Source: an uncultured Thermodesulfobacteriota bacterium (GTDB lineage Bacteria; Desulfobacterota; Deferrisomatia; Deferrisomatales; JACRMM01). From it: a stretch of 39,723 nt of DNA. The stretch is from NCBI GenBank assembly GCA_964528225.1, contig CAZGRT010000001.1, forward strand, positions 1 to 39,723, read 5' to 3'. The notes under the pieces were generated by a model, which was given only the letters and a program-made list of their open reading frames with translations, was not told the DNA's origin and did not search any database. This document shows, piece after piece, positions 9,095 through 18,382 of this stretch. The translations under genes and the position numbers were made by a program. Each line of letters starts with the position of its first letter. The stretch's first letter is position 1.

Positions 9095-9948
9095 GCCTGG
9101 CGCAGATCCTCGTTCGACTGGAGTCGCTGCCGCCCTTCCCCGAGGTCGCCGCCCGGTTGCTCCGGACCTGCCAGGACCCGGACGTGGACCTCGCCTCCGT
9201 CGCGGCCATCCTGGAGCGCGATCCGGCCATGGCGGCGAACGTCCTCCGGGCCTGCAACGCCCCGTATTTCGGCCTGCGGGGCCGCGTCGCGTCGGTGCGC
9301 CACGCGACCAGCCTCCTCGGCATCCGCAACGTCCTGCAGATCACGATGACCGTCCTCTCCTCCGGGCACCTGGCTTCGCCCCAGGTCGGCTACGGCCTCG
9401 GACCCGGCGACCTGTGGCGAACCTCGGTCGCGTCGGCGCTCGCCGCCGAACTCGTGGCCCAGGAGGTTTCCTACCCCCAGGTCGAGACCGCCTACACGGC
9501 GGGCCTGCTCCAGGACGTGGGCAAAATCGTTCTGGCCGAGTTCGTGGAGAACGCAGCCGAGGCGATCCAGGCTCTGCTGGCAGACGGGGCGGCGTGGCAG
9601 GAGGCCGAAGCGAGGGCCCTCGGGATGACCCACCCCGAGGTGGGCGCGCGACTGCTCTCGCGCTGGGGGTTTCCGTCGGCCATCGTGGACGCTGTGCGGA
9701 CCCACCATCGGCCCTCCGAGGCGACCGTCGATCCGACCCTGACCGCCATCTCCCACCTCGCCGACGCCCTGAAGATGACCCTCGGCGTGGGGTTGGGTGC
9801 CGACGGGCTGGCGTACGAACTGGACGAGGGCGCCCTGGGCGCCCTGGGACTGGCCGACCCCTCGAGGCTCGAGGGGCTCGTTGCCGAGCTGGGGCGGCGG
9901 GTGTCCGGCGCGCAGGAATGGTTCGAGGCGGCGGGAGGGGGCCGATGA
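9091..9948 (+). CDS. HDOD domain-containing signalling protein
   Basis: 285 aa. The start overlaps the cheD stop (ATGA). The N-terminus reads LPPFPEVAARLLRTCQDPDVDLASVAAILERDPAMAANVLRACNAPYFGL, with LLQDVGKIVL and GMTHPEVGARLLSRWGFP further in. All are typical HDOD features. Confidence 0.85.
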   Translation: MSLAQILVRLESLPPFPEVAARLLRTCQDPDVDLASVAAILERDPAMAANVLRACNAPYFGLRGRVASVRHATSLLGIRNVLQITMTVLSSGHLASPQVGYGLGPGDLWRTSVASALAAELVAQEVSYPQVETAYTAGLLQDVGKIVLAEFVENAAEAIQALLADGAAWQEAEARALGMTHPEVGARLLSRWGFPSAIVDAVRTHHRPSEATVDPTLTAISHLADALKMTLGVGLGADGLAYELDEGALGALGLADPSRLEGLVAELGRRVSGAQEWFEAAGGGR

Positions 9949-10376
9949 GGGTCTGGAGTTCTCGATTCTCGTTTGAGACGACCGGCCGGGGACACGTGGT
10001 GGACCTCACCCCGAGGCTCGAGCAGTGGATCGCGGCCCAGCGCATCGGCGAGGCGCAGGGGGTGCTGTTCGTCCCCGGGTCCACCGCCGGGGTCACGACG
10101 ATCGAGTACGAGCCGGGCGTGGTGCGCGACCTGCAGGAAGCGCTGGAAAAACTGGCGCCCTCCGGCGCCCCGTACCATCATGACGCGGCTTGGGGCGACG
10201 GCAACGGCTACGCGCACGTCCGCGCCGCCCTGCTCGGCCCCTCCCTCGCGTTCCTGGTGCGGGACGGGCGACTGCTCCGCGGCACGTGGCAGCAGGTGGT
10301 GCTCTGCGACTTCGACAACTGCAGCCGGAAACGCACGGTGGAGGTGCAGGCGATGGGAACGCCGGGGGAAGGATGA
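9945..10376 (+). CDS. yjbQ: YjbQ/UPF0047 family protein (secondary thiamine-phosphate synthase)
   Basis: 143 aa with an ATGA overlap to the upstream gene. Recognisable segments are VVDLTPRLEQWI, GVLFVPGSTAGVTTIEYEPGVVRDL, and HHDAAWGDGNGYAHVRAALLGPS. Confidence 0.85.
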   Translation: MRVWSSRFSFETTGRGHVVDLTPRLEQWIAAQRIGEAQGVLFVPGSTAGVTTIEYEPGVVRDLQEALEKLAPSGAPYHHDAAWGDGNGYAHVRAALLGPSLAFLVRDGRLLRGTWQQVVLCDFDNCSRKRTVEVQAMGTPGEG

Positions 10377-11356
10377 GCGACGCGGACGCCGTGGAACGGC
10401 TGGAGTTCCAGAACCCCGCGCACCTGGCGGTGCTGGTCGGGGAGCGGGAGGTGCACCTGCGGGAACTGGCCGCCCTGCTCCACGACGTGAGCCTGGCCAG
10501 CCGGGGGAATGCGGTCCAACTGCGCGGCGACCCCGTCGCGGTGGAACTGGCCCGGGAGGTCCTGACCCAACTGTACGCCCTCGTCGAGGAGGGATACCCC
10601 CTCTACCGGGCGGACGTGGACCACGCGGTGCGCATCCTGCGCGCCAACCGAAGGGCGCGGCTCAAGGAGATCTTCCTGGACGCCGTGTTCATCGCCTCCG
10701 ACCGCAGGGTGATCAGCCCCAAGAGCGTGGCCCAGAAGGCCTACATCGAGGCGATGCGGAACTTCGACGTCGTCTTCGGCATCGGGCCGGCCGGCACGGG
10801 GAAGACCTATCTCGCGATGGCGATGGCGGTGGCCGCCCTCACGAAGCGGCAGGTGAACCGGATCATCCTCACGCGCCCTGCGGTGGAGGCCGGGGAAAAG
10901 CTGGGATTCCTCCCCGGGACGCTCTACGAGAAGGTCAACCCGTACCTGCGCCCCCTCTACGACGCGCTCCACCACATGATGGACTTCGAGAAGGCCGCCA
11001 AACTGCTGGAGAAGGGCATCATCGAAGTGGCGCCCCTCGCCTTCATGCGCGGCCGGACCCTGGACGACTCCTTCGTGATCCTCGACGAGGCCCAGAACAC
11101 GACGTCCGACCAGATGAAGATGTTCCTGACACGCCTGGGCTTCGACAGCAAGGCGGTGGTGACCGGCGACATCACCCAGACCGACCTTCCCCCGGGCAAG
11201 GTCTCCGGCCTCGTGGAGGTTCAGGACGTGCTCCGGAGCGTGCCCGGCATCCGGTTCTGCTATTTCTCCCGGGACGACGTCGTGCGCCACCCCCTGGTGC
11301 AGGAGATCATCGAGGCCTACGAGTCCCAGGCGCTGCGCGTGCGGGAGGAGCCGTAG
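10373..11356 (+). CDS. phoH: PhoH-like ATPase (YbeZ)
   Basis: 327 aa with an ATGA overlap upstream. It has Walker A (GIGPAGTGKTYLAMA), RPAVEAGEKLGFLPG, and FVILDEAQNTT. Confidence 0.93.
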   Translation: MSDADAVERLEFQNPAHLAVLVGEREVHLRELAALLHDVSLASRGNAVQLRGDPVAVELAREVLTQLYALVEEGYPLYRADVDHAVRILRANRRARLKEIFLDAVFIASDRRVISPKSVAQKAYIEAMRNFDVVFGIGPAGTGKTYLAMAMAVAALTKRQVNRIILTRPAVEAGEKLGFLPGTLYEKVNPYLRPLYDALHHMMDFEKAAKLLEKGIIEVAPLAFMRGRTLDDSFVILDEAQNTTSDQMKMFLTRLGFDSKAVVTGDITQTDLPPGKVSGLVEVQDVLRSVPGIRFCYFSRDDVVRHPLVQEIIEAYESQALRVREEP

Positions 11357-11358
11357 CC

Positions 11359-13368
11359 GTGCGACCGGGCCGGACCGTCGCGGCACTGGCCGGGTGCGCC
11401 GCCCTGGGCTTCGTGACCGGAGGGGCCCTCGTGCTGGCCCGGGGCCTCCCCCAGGTTTCGGCCCTCGAGGACTTCACGCCGCCCTCCTCCACCCGCGTCT
11501 ATTCGTCCGACGGGAACCTGCTCGCGGAGTTCGCGACCCAGCGTCGCACCCCCGTGGCCCTCGATGCGGTGCCACACGACCTCGTCCGATGTGTCCTCGC
11601 GATCGAGGATCACCGCTTCTTCGAGCACATGGGCATCAACGTCGGCCGCATCCTCAAGGCGGTCGCCGTGGACCTGGCCAAGGGCCGCCTCGCCGAGGGC
11701 GGCTCCACCATCACACAGCAGCTTGCGAAGATCCTGTTCCTCACCCCCGAGAAGACCCTGACCCGGAAACTCCGGGAGGCCCTGCTCGCCCTCGAGATCG
11801 AACGACGGCACACCAAGGAGGAGATCCTCGCCTTCTACCTGAACCAGATCTACCTGGGGAACGGCGCGTACGGGGTGGCGGCGGCGGCGCAGGTCTACTT
11901 CGCCAAGCCCCTGGCCGACCTGGACCTCGCCGAGTGCGCCTTGATCGCGGCCCTGCCGAAGGCGCCCTCCCTGTACGATCCCCTCCGGAACCCGGAGCGC
12001 GCCCGGGCCCGGCGCGATCTCGTGCTTCGCCGACTCCTCCAGCTGGGGTGGGTCTCCGCGGAGCAGGCCTCCGCGGCGCTTGCGCAAGACGTCCCGGCGG
12101 CCCGCCCCGACGTCCAGCGGGTGTCGGCGCCCTACTTCGTGGAGGCCGTGCGCCGCCGACTCCTGGAACACCTGGAGATCGACCTCGTCTACCAGGGCGG
12201 TCTGCGCGTCTACACGACCCTCGACTCCGGGCTCCAGAAGGCCGCCGAGTCCGCCCTGGAGAAGGCCTTGGCCGCCGTGGACCGGAGACACCCGCGGCGG
12301 CAGCCGAAGGCCCAGGGGGCGGTCCTGGCCCTGGATCCCGCGACCGGCTCGGTGCGGGCCCTGGTCGGGGGGAGGAACTGGTCCGAGAGCTCCTTCGACC
12401 GGGCGTTCCAGGCACGGCGTCAGCCGGGAAGCGCCTTCAAGCCTTTCGTGTACCTGGCCGCCCTGGAGACCGGCCTCACCCAGGCCCGCACCCTGCTGGA
12501 CGCCCCGGCGAGCTACCGCGGGGCCTCCCTCTCCCGTCCGTGGACGCCGAGCAACTACGACGGGGAATTCCTGGGAGAGATGACCCTGCGCAAGGCCCTG
12601 GCCCTGAGCCGCAACCTGCCGGCCGTGCGCCTCATGGAGGAGCTCGGCAAGGCCCGGGTGGAGCAGGCGGCGTCGGAGCTCGGGCTGGCCGGCCCCTTCG
12701 GGGAAGGGTTGGCCGCGGCGCTCGGCGTCGGCGGGAGCAGCCTGGTGGAACTGGTGCGCGCCTACGCCGTCTTCCCGGCCGGGGGCCTCCTCCCCGAGCC
12801 CCACCTGATCCGGGCCGTGTACGGACCCGACGGGCGAAACCTCTGGGAGCGCAACGGTGCCGCACGACGGGTCCTGGACCCGGTCACGGCCTACGTGGCG
12901 GCCGACATGCTCCGGGCGGTCGTGGAGTCCGGCACCGGGAAGGCCGCACGGGCCCTGCCCTTCCCCGTGGCCGGGAAGACCGGGACCACGGACGACCAGC
13001 GAGACGCCTGGTTCGTCGGGTTCTCGAGCCGACTCGCCCTCGGCGTCTGGGTGGGGAGAGACGACAACTCCCCCCTGGGCTACGCCGAAACCGGCGCCCA
13101 GGCCGCCCTGCCCGCCTGGATCGACACGATGCTGGCTTCGGCCGCGGAAGGCCCTCCGCCTCCCTGGGCGCCCCCCCCCGGCGTCGTCGTGGCCGAGATC
13201 GACGTCGCCTCGGGGCTCCGGGCCGGCCCGGCGTGCAAGGAAACCGCCTTCGCCGCCTTCGCCCGGGGAACGGAGCCTCGCTCCCCGTGCGATCGGGAGT
13301 CGTTCCAGTGGGACCGGGTCGCACGGGACATCGGCCTGGGGCGCAGCGCCCGGAGAACCGGGCCTTGA
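11359..13368 (+). CDS. mrcA: Class A penicillin-binding protein (PBP1A family, glycosyltransferase plus transpeptidase)
   Basis: A GTG at 11359 lies 2 nt after the phoH stop. The GT51 motifs are EDHRFFEHMGIN, GGSTITQQLAK and RKLREALLALEIE. The transpeptidase motifs are SAFKP and KTGTT. Confidence 0.9.
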   Translation: MRPGRTVAALAGCAALGFVTGGALVLARGLPQVSALEDFTPPSSTRVYSSDGNLLAEFATQRRTPVALDAVPHDLVRCVLAIEDHRFFEHMGINVGRILKAVAVDLAKGRLAEGGSTITQQLAKILFLTPEKTLTRKLREALLALEIERRHTKEEILAFYLNQIYLGNGAYGVAAAAQVYFAKPLADLDLAECALIAALPKAPSLYDPLRNPERARARRDLVLRRLLQLGWVSAEQASAALAQDVPAARPDVQRVSAPYFVEAVRRRLLEHLEIDLVYQGGLRVYTTLDSGLQKAAESALEKALAAVDRRHPRRQPKAQGAVLALDPATGSVRALVGGRNWSESSFDRAFQARRQPGSAFKPFVYLAALETGLTQARTLLDAPASYRGASLSRPWTPSNYDGEFLGEMTLRKALALSRNLPAVRLMEELGKARVEQAASELGLAGPFGEGLAAALGVGGSSLVELVRAYAVFPAGGLLPEPHLIRAVYGPDGRNLWERNGAARRVLDPVTAYVAADMLRAVVESGTGKAARALPFPVAGKTGTTDDQRDAWFVGFSSRLALGVWVGRDDNSPLGYAETGAQAALPAWIDTMLASAAEGPPPPWAPPPGVVVAEIDVASGLRAGPACKETAFAAFARGTEPRSPCDRESFQWDRVARDIGLGRSARRTGP

Positions 13369-14771
13369 TCCGGGAACTGACGGCAGACGTCGCGCCCGAG
13401 ACCGCGTTCCTCTCCCTGGCGGACAGGGCCTACCCGTTCTTCCTCGACAGCGGCGAGGGCTGTCCCCGGCTGGGAACCCGGTCGTACGTGGGTGCGGACC
13501 CGTTTCTGGTCGTCCATGCCAAAGGAACGGAGGCCCGCCTCTCATGGCCCCGGACCGGCCGCACCGAACTCCGGCGCGGCAACCCCTTCCACCTGCTTCG
13601 CGACCTCCTCCGGGAGCACCGGGGGCCGCCCGTCGGCGCGGCGATGACCGGCGGCGGCGCGGTGGGCTACCTGGGCTACGACCTGTTCCCGTTCGTGGAG
13701 GCCATCCCAAGGTCGGCGCGAGACGACCTCCGCATGCCCGACCTTTTCCTCGGCTTCTACGACACCGTCGGCATCTTCGACCACGCGGCCGGGCGGGCCA
13801 CCCTGTGCTCGGGCGACTGGGGCGGACCCGAGGGCCCGCGCCGGGAGGCGTGGGAGGCGTGGGACGGCCTCACGGACGCTCCCGGGCCCGGGCGGCGGGA
13901 CGGCGCCGGGTTCGCGGCCGGTCCGGTGGAGTCCAACTTCACCCGGGAGCAATACGAGGCGGCGGTCCTCCGCGTGAAGGAGCACATCGCGGCGGGGGAC
14001 GTCTACCAGGTGAACCTCTCCCAGCGCTTCCGCGTCCCCTTCGGCGGGTCGCCCCTCTCCTTCTACCGGCGCCTCCGCCGCACGAGCCCTGCGCCCTTCG
14101 GCGCCTGCCTCTTCCCCGACGGTTTCTCCATCCTCTCCAACTCGCCGGAACGGTACCTCCGGATCGAGGGAGACCGCATCGAGACCCGGCCGATCAAGGG
14201 AACGCGCCCCCGGGGCGCGACGCCCCGGGAGGACCGGAAGCTGGCGGAGGAGTTGCGAACGAGCGTTAAGGACCGGGCCGAGCACGTGATGATCGTGGAC
14301 CTCGAGCGCAACGACCTGGGCCGGGTGTGCCGGTACCGTTCCGTCCACGTGCCGGAGCTCGAGGTGGTGGAGTCCTACGCGAACGTCCACCACCTCGTCT
14401 CCACCGTGGCGGGCCTCGTACACCCCTCCAAGGAGGCCGTGGACTGCCTGCGGAACTCCTTCCCGGGCGGGTCGATCACCGGGGCACCCAAGGTGCGGGC
14501 GATGGAGATCATCGAGGCGCTGGAGCCCACGGCGCGTGGCGTGTACTGCGGGGCCATCGGCTACATCGACTTCGCGGGCCGCGCCGACCTCAACATCGCG
14601 ATCCGGACCGCCGTGCTCCAGGGCGACAGCCTGTACGTGCAGGTGGGCGGCGGGATCGTAGCCGACTCCGACCCTGCCGCGGAGTACGAGGAAACCCTGG
14701 TGAAGGCCCGGTCGTTCCTTCGGGTGCTGGGCAGGGAGGAGGGCGAGTGGACCGCGCGCGCCGCTCCGTGA
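13365..14771 (+). CDS. pabB: Aminodeoxychorismate synthase component I (PabB)
   Basis: This is a chorismate-utilising enzyme fold. Its PIKGT motif carries Lys, as in PabB, rather than the PIAGT of TrpE. Further motifs are DLERNDLGRV, SITGAPKVRAMEII and GGGIVADSDP. The only in-frame start near the PBP stop is a TTG at 13365 (TTGA overlap), so the start is uncertain. Confidence 0.85.
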   Translation: MIRELTADVAPETAFLSLADRAYPFFLDSGEGCPRLGTRSYVGADPFLVVHAKGTEARLSWPRTGRTELRRGNPFHLLRDLLREHRGPPVGAAMTGGGAVGYLGYDLFPFVEAIPRSARDDLRMPDLFLGFYDTVGIFDHAAGRATLCSGDWGGPEGPRREAWEAWDGLTDAPGPGRRDGAGFAAGPVESNFTREQYEAAVLRVKEHIAAGDVYQVNLSQRFRVPFGGSPLSFYRRLRRTSPAPFGACLFPDGFSILSNSPERYLRIEGDRIETRPIKGTRPRGATPREDRKLAEELRTSVKDRAEHVMIVDLERNDLGRVCRYRSVHVPELEVVESYANVHHLVSTVAGLVHPSKEAVDCLRNSFPGGSITGAPKVRAMEIIEALEPTARGVYCGAIGYIDFAGRADLNIAIRTAVLQGDSLYVQVGGGIVADSDPAAEYEETLVKARSFLRVLGREEGEWTARAAP

Positions 14772-15610
14772 CCGGCCCGCCGCCGCCGGAGCGTACCGGC
14801 ACCGTCTCGGCTGAGGACCGGGGCCTCCTCTACGGCGACGGGGTGTTCGAGACCCTGCGCGTGTACGCCCGGACCCCGTTCCGGCTGCCGGCCCACTGGG
14901 ACCGCCTTTCCGCCTCCGCCGCCTTCCTCGGGATTCCCGTCCCGGACGTGGACCCCTCCGCCGAAGTGGAGCGGGCCCTCGAGGCCCGCGGCCTCGACGA
15001 CGCTGGCGTCCGCATCACGCTGACCCGAGGCCCCCTCCCCGAGGGCCCCCGGCCGACGCCCGCCGGAGGCGCTCCGACGCTCCTGTTCCAGGCTCGGCCC
15101 CTCAGGCCCGGCTTGGAGGAGCTCGCGCGGACGGGCGTGGCGGCGAGGCGGGTACCCTGGCCCCTGCGGGCGCGGGGAATGCCCCTCCACGGGCACAAGA
15201 CCCTCAACTACCTCGCGAGCGTGGTGGCCCTGGGGGCTGTCGGCCCCGGCGAGGAGGCGGTGCTGCTGAACACCGAGGGGCACCTCGCGGAGGGGGAGAC
15301 ATCCAACCTGTTCTGGGTCCGCCGCGGAATCCTGTACACCCCCGCTCCCGAGGCCGGCTGCCTGCCGGGGCTGGCCCGGGCCCTGGTCCTGGAGGAGGCC
15401 CGGCGTCTCGGCCTGGAGGTCGAGGAGGGACTGCACCCGTTCCGAGCGCTGGCCGGCGCCGAAGAGGCGTTCCTCACCAACTCCCTCGTCGAGGTGCTCC
15501 CTCTCGTCGCCCTGGACGGGGACCCGCTGGGGGGAGGGCGACCCGGGTCGGTGACGCGGCGCCTGCAGCGCGCGTACCGCGGGTGCGTTGAGGCCGAGGC
15601 GGGGAGATGA
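14747..15610 (+). CDS. pabC: Aminodeoxychorismate lyase (PabC), class IV aminotransferase fold
   Basis: A GTG at 14747 is preceded by GGGAGGAGG, and GTG 14768 is an alternative start. Recognisable segments are RGLLYGDGVFETLRVY, HKTLNYL and GETSNLFWV. The gene follows pabB directly. Confidence 0.8.
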   Translation: MDRARRSVTGPPPPERTGTVSAEDRGLLYGDGVFETLRVYARTPFRLPAHWDRLSASAAFLGIPVPDVDPSAEVERALEARGLDDAGVRITLTRGPLPEGPRPTPAGGAPTLLFQARPLRPGLEELARTGVAARRVPWPLRARGMPLHGHKTLNYLASVVALGAVGPGEEAVLLNTEGHLAEGETSNLFWVRRGILYTPAPEAGCLPGLARALVLEEARRLGLEVEEGLHPFRALAGAEEAFLTNSLVEVLPLVALDGDPLGGGRPGSVTRRLQRAYRGCVEAEAGR

Positions 15611-16719
15611 CGCCGGTCGCGGGCGCCTCCTGCCGGGACTACGCGCAGGTGCGGGAAGCCCTCGCCCGGGCCCTGGAGCTCCTGCCGGGCCCCTTCGCGG
15701 CCCGGGGCGACCCCCTCCTCGTGAAGCCCAACCTCCTGGCGGCCCACGACCCGCACGAAGCGGTGACCACCCACCCCGCCGTCGTCGACGCGGCCCTGTC
15801 CCTGGCGTCGGACCTCGGCGCCCGGGCGGTGGTGGCCGACTCCCCGGGGCTGGGCTCCGTGCACCGGGTCGCCCGGGTCGCGGGGGTGGCCGAGGTGTGC
15901 CGTCGCCACGGGGTCCCGTTGCTGGACCTCGGCGACTCGGAGGCGGCCGAGGTCTCCGGCGCGACCTACCGCGGTCTGCGCCTGGCGCGGGAAGCCGTGG
16001 AGACCCGCTGGCTCTGGAACCTCCCCAAGTGGAAGACCCATACCATGATGGGTCTCACTCTCGGCGTGAAGAACCTCTTCGGCTGCGTGCCGGGCAAGAG
16101 CAAGGTGGCCGCCCACTTCCGGGCGGGGCGTCGGCCCCAGGTGTTCGCCCGCCACCTCCTCGACATCGAGGGGGCACTGAGCCCGTGCCTCACCGTGCTC
16201 GACGGGGTGGTGGCCATGGAGGGGGCGGGCCCCAGCCGGGGTCGGCCCCTGGAGCGGGGACTCCTCCTCGCTTCGGGAGACGCCGCCGCGCTCGACTGGG
16301 AGGCGACCCGCCTGTCGGGGTTCGCGCCGCAGGACGTCCCCACCGTGGCGGAGAGCGTGGCGAGCGGGAGGCTCGACCCCGGCAGGGTGCGCCTGCTCGG
16401 CGTCGAGCCCCGGCCGCTCCGGTTCCGCCCGGCGCCCGGGAGCCCGTGCGACTGGCCTCTGCCCCGGCCTCTCAAGCGCCTGCTCCGCGGGGTGGTGTCG
16501 CCCGCGCCCCGCTTCGACGCAGCCGGCTGCAAGGGTTGCGGCGCCTGTTCCGAGGCGTGCCCCGCCGGGGCTCTCCGGCCGGGCACCCCACCGGAGCTCT
16601 CGCAGGAGACGTGCATTCGCTGCTACTGTTGTCAGGAACTGTGCCCCCACGGAGCCGTGGCGATTCCGCGCCGGCTCCCGGCCCGGTTCTCCTTCTCGGG
16701 GCGCGGGAGGAAGGCATGA
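15607..16719 (+). CDS. DUF362 domain protein with a C-terminal 2x[4Fe-4S] ferredoxin domain
   Basis: 370 aa with an ATGA overlap to pabC. LLVKPNLL and NLPKWKTHTMMGLTLGVKNLFGCVPG are typical of DUF362. The C-terminus carries CKGCGACSEACP and CIRCYCCQELCP. Confidence 0.75.
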   Translation: MTPVAGASCRDYAQVREALARALELLPGPFAARGDPLLVKPNLLAAHDPHEAVTTHPAVVDAALSLASDLGARAVVADSPGLGSVHRVARVAGVAEVCRRHGVPLLDLGDSEAAEVSGATYRGLRLAREAVETRWLWNLPKWKTHTMMGLTLGVKNLFGCVPGKSKVAAHFRAGRRPQVFARHLLDIEGALSPCLTVLDGVVAMEGAGPSRGRPLERGLLLASGDAAALDWEATRLSGFAPQDVPTVAESVASGRLDPGRVRLLGVEPRPLRFRPAPGSPCDWPLPRPLKRLLRGVVSPAPRFDAAGCKGCGACSEACPAGALRPGTPPELSQETCIRCYCCQELCPHGAVAIPRRLPARFSFSGRGRKA

Positions 16720-18374
16720 ACGGGATCCTCGTCGGCATCGACGTGGGCGGAACCCACACCGACGGCGTAGCCGTTGAGGGCGGCCGCGTGGTGCACAAGG
16801 TCAAGGTCCGTACCCGGGAGGACCTCACGTCCTGCACCCTGGAAGCCCTGCGGGAACTTCTCGAGGGGGTGAGCACGGCGTCGATCCGGCGGGTCGTCCT
16901 CTCCACCACGCTCGTCACCAACGCCGTGGCCGAAGGGCGGCTCGAGCCGGCGGGCATGGTGCTGACGGCCGGCCCGGGAATGAACCCGGGCCACCTGGGC
17001 GAGACTCCCGACGTCAAGGTGGTCCGCGGCGCCGTGGATCACCGGGGCCGGGAGATCGTTCCCCTGGACGAGGGGCAGGTGGAGAGTCACCTCGCGACGC
17101 TCGCGGACCGAGGCGTGCGCGTGCTCGCCGTCGTGGGGAAGTTCTCGGTGCGCAATCCCACCCACGAACTCCGCGTCGCCGAGCTGGCCGGGGACCGCTT
17201 CGACTACGTGGCCCTCGGGCACGGCCTCTCCGGCTCCCTCAACTTCCCCCGCCGCGCCGCCACGGCGTACCTCGCGGCAGCGGTCTGGCGGCGCCACTCG
17301 GAGTTCGTGAAGTCGATGGTGGCCGCCGTTCGGGATTTCGGCATCCGGGCCCCGCTCTACCTGCTCCGGGCCGACGGCGGCACGCAGACCGCCGACTCCT
17401 TCCGGAACCCGGCGGAGGGCTCCCTGTCCGGGCCTGCCGCGAGCGTCATGGGAATCCAGGGACTCGACGAGGTGGACGGCGACACCCTCGCCGTGGACGT
17501 GGGGGGCACGACCACGGACCTGTCCCTCTTCACCCGGGGTGTACCCCTGCTGGAGCCGCGGGGGGCCACCGTCGGACCCTACCGGACCCAGATCCGGTCC
17601 CTCTATACCCGCTCCCTGGGCGCCGGCGGCGACAGCCTCGTCCACCTCGGCCAGGGTGAGATCCGCGTGGGCCCCCAGCGCATGGGGGCGCCGGCCTCCC
17701 TGGGAGGGGAACACCCCACGCCCACCGACGCCCTCGTGGTCCTCGGGCGGGCCGTGGGGGACCGCGCCCGGGCCCGGGAGGCCCTCACCCCGGTGTCGTC
17801 AGCGATCGGGGTCGGGGTGGAGGAGTGCGCCCGTCGCGTCCTCCGGGCCCTGGCCGTCTCCATCGCCGCGGCGGCCCGCACCCTGCTCGACGAGGTGAAC
17901 GGAAAGCCCGTCTACACCATCCACGAGCTCCTCGAGGGACACCGGGTCGAGCCCCGCCGCGCCGTGGCCGTCGGCGGTCCGGCCCGGGCCCTGGCCCCCT
18001 ACATCGAGGAGGCGCTGGACCTCCCCGTGCACGTGCCCGGCCACTTCGACGTCGCGAACGCGGTGGGGGCCGCCGTCGCCCGGGTGAACCTCGAGGTGAA
18101 CCTGCTCGCCGACACCGCGCTGGGCCGCCTCTCGATCCCCGAGGCCGGGGTCTACCGCCCCGTGGAGCGAGACTACGGGGTGGAAGAGGCCCGGGCCGAG
18201 GCCTTCGAGACCCTCCTGGGCCTGGCCCGGGAGAAGGGCATGCTCGACGAGGAGGCCGTTCCGGAGGCGGCCGAGGAGGAGAGCTTCCGCATCGTGGACG
18301 GCTTCTCGACGGTGGGCAGCATCCACCGCCTCCGGGTCCAGATCCGTCCCGGCATCCTCGGCCGGGTGGAGTGA
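16716..18374 (+). CDS. Hydantoinase/oxoprolinase A-type (HyuA-like) ASKHA ATPase family protein
   Basis: 552 aa with an ATGA overlap upstream. The two phosphate-binding loops are GIDVGGTHTD and AVDVGGTTTD. No HyuB-type partner gene is present in the window. Confidence 0.8.
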   Translation: MNGILVGIDVGGTHTDGVAVEGGRVVHKVKVRTREDLTSCTLEALRELLEGVSTASIRRVVLSTTLVTNAVAEGRLEPAGMVLTAGPGMNPGHLGETPDVKVVRGAVDHRGREIVPLDEGQVESHLATLADRGVRVLAVVGKFSVRNPTHELRVAELAGDRFDYVALGHGLSGSLNFPRRAATAYLAAAVWRRHSEFVKSMVAAVRDFGIRAPLYLLRADGGTQTADSFRNPAEGSLSGPAASVMGIQGLDEVDGDTLAVDVGGTTTDLSLFTRGVPLLEPRGATVGPYRTQIRSLYTRSLGAGGDSLVHLGQGEIRVGPQRMGAPASLGGEHPTPTDALVVLGRAVGDRARAREALTPVSSAIGVGVEECARRVLRALAVSIAAAARTLLDEVNGKPVYTIHELLEGHRVEPRRAVAVGGPARALAPYIEEALDLPVHVPGHFDVANAVGAAVARVNLEVNLLADTALGRLSIPEAGVYRPVERDYGVEEARAEAFETLLGLAREKGMLDEEAVPEAAEEESFRIVDGFSTVGSIHRLRVQIRPGILGRVE

Positions 18375-18382
18375 GCGGCGCC

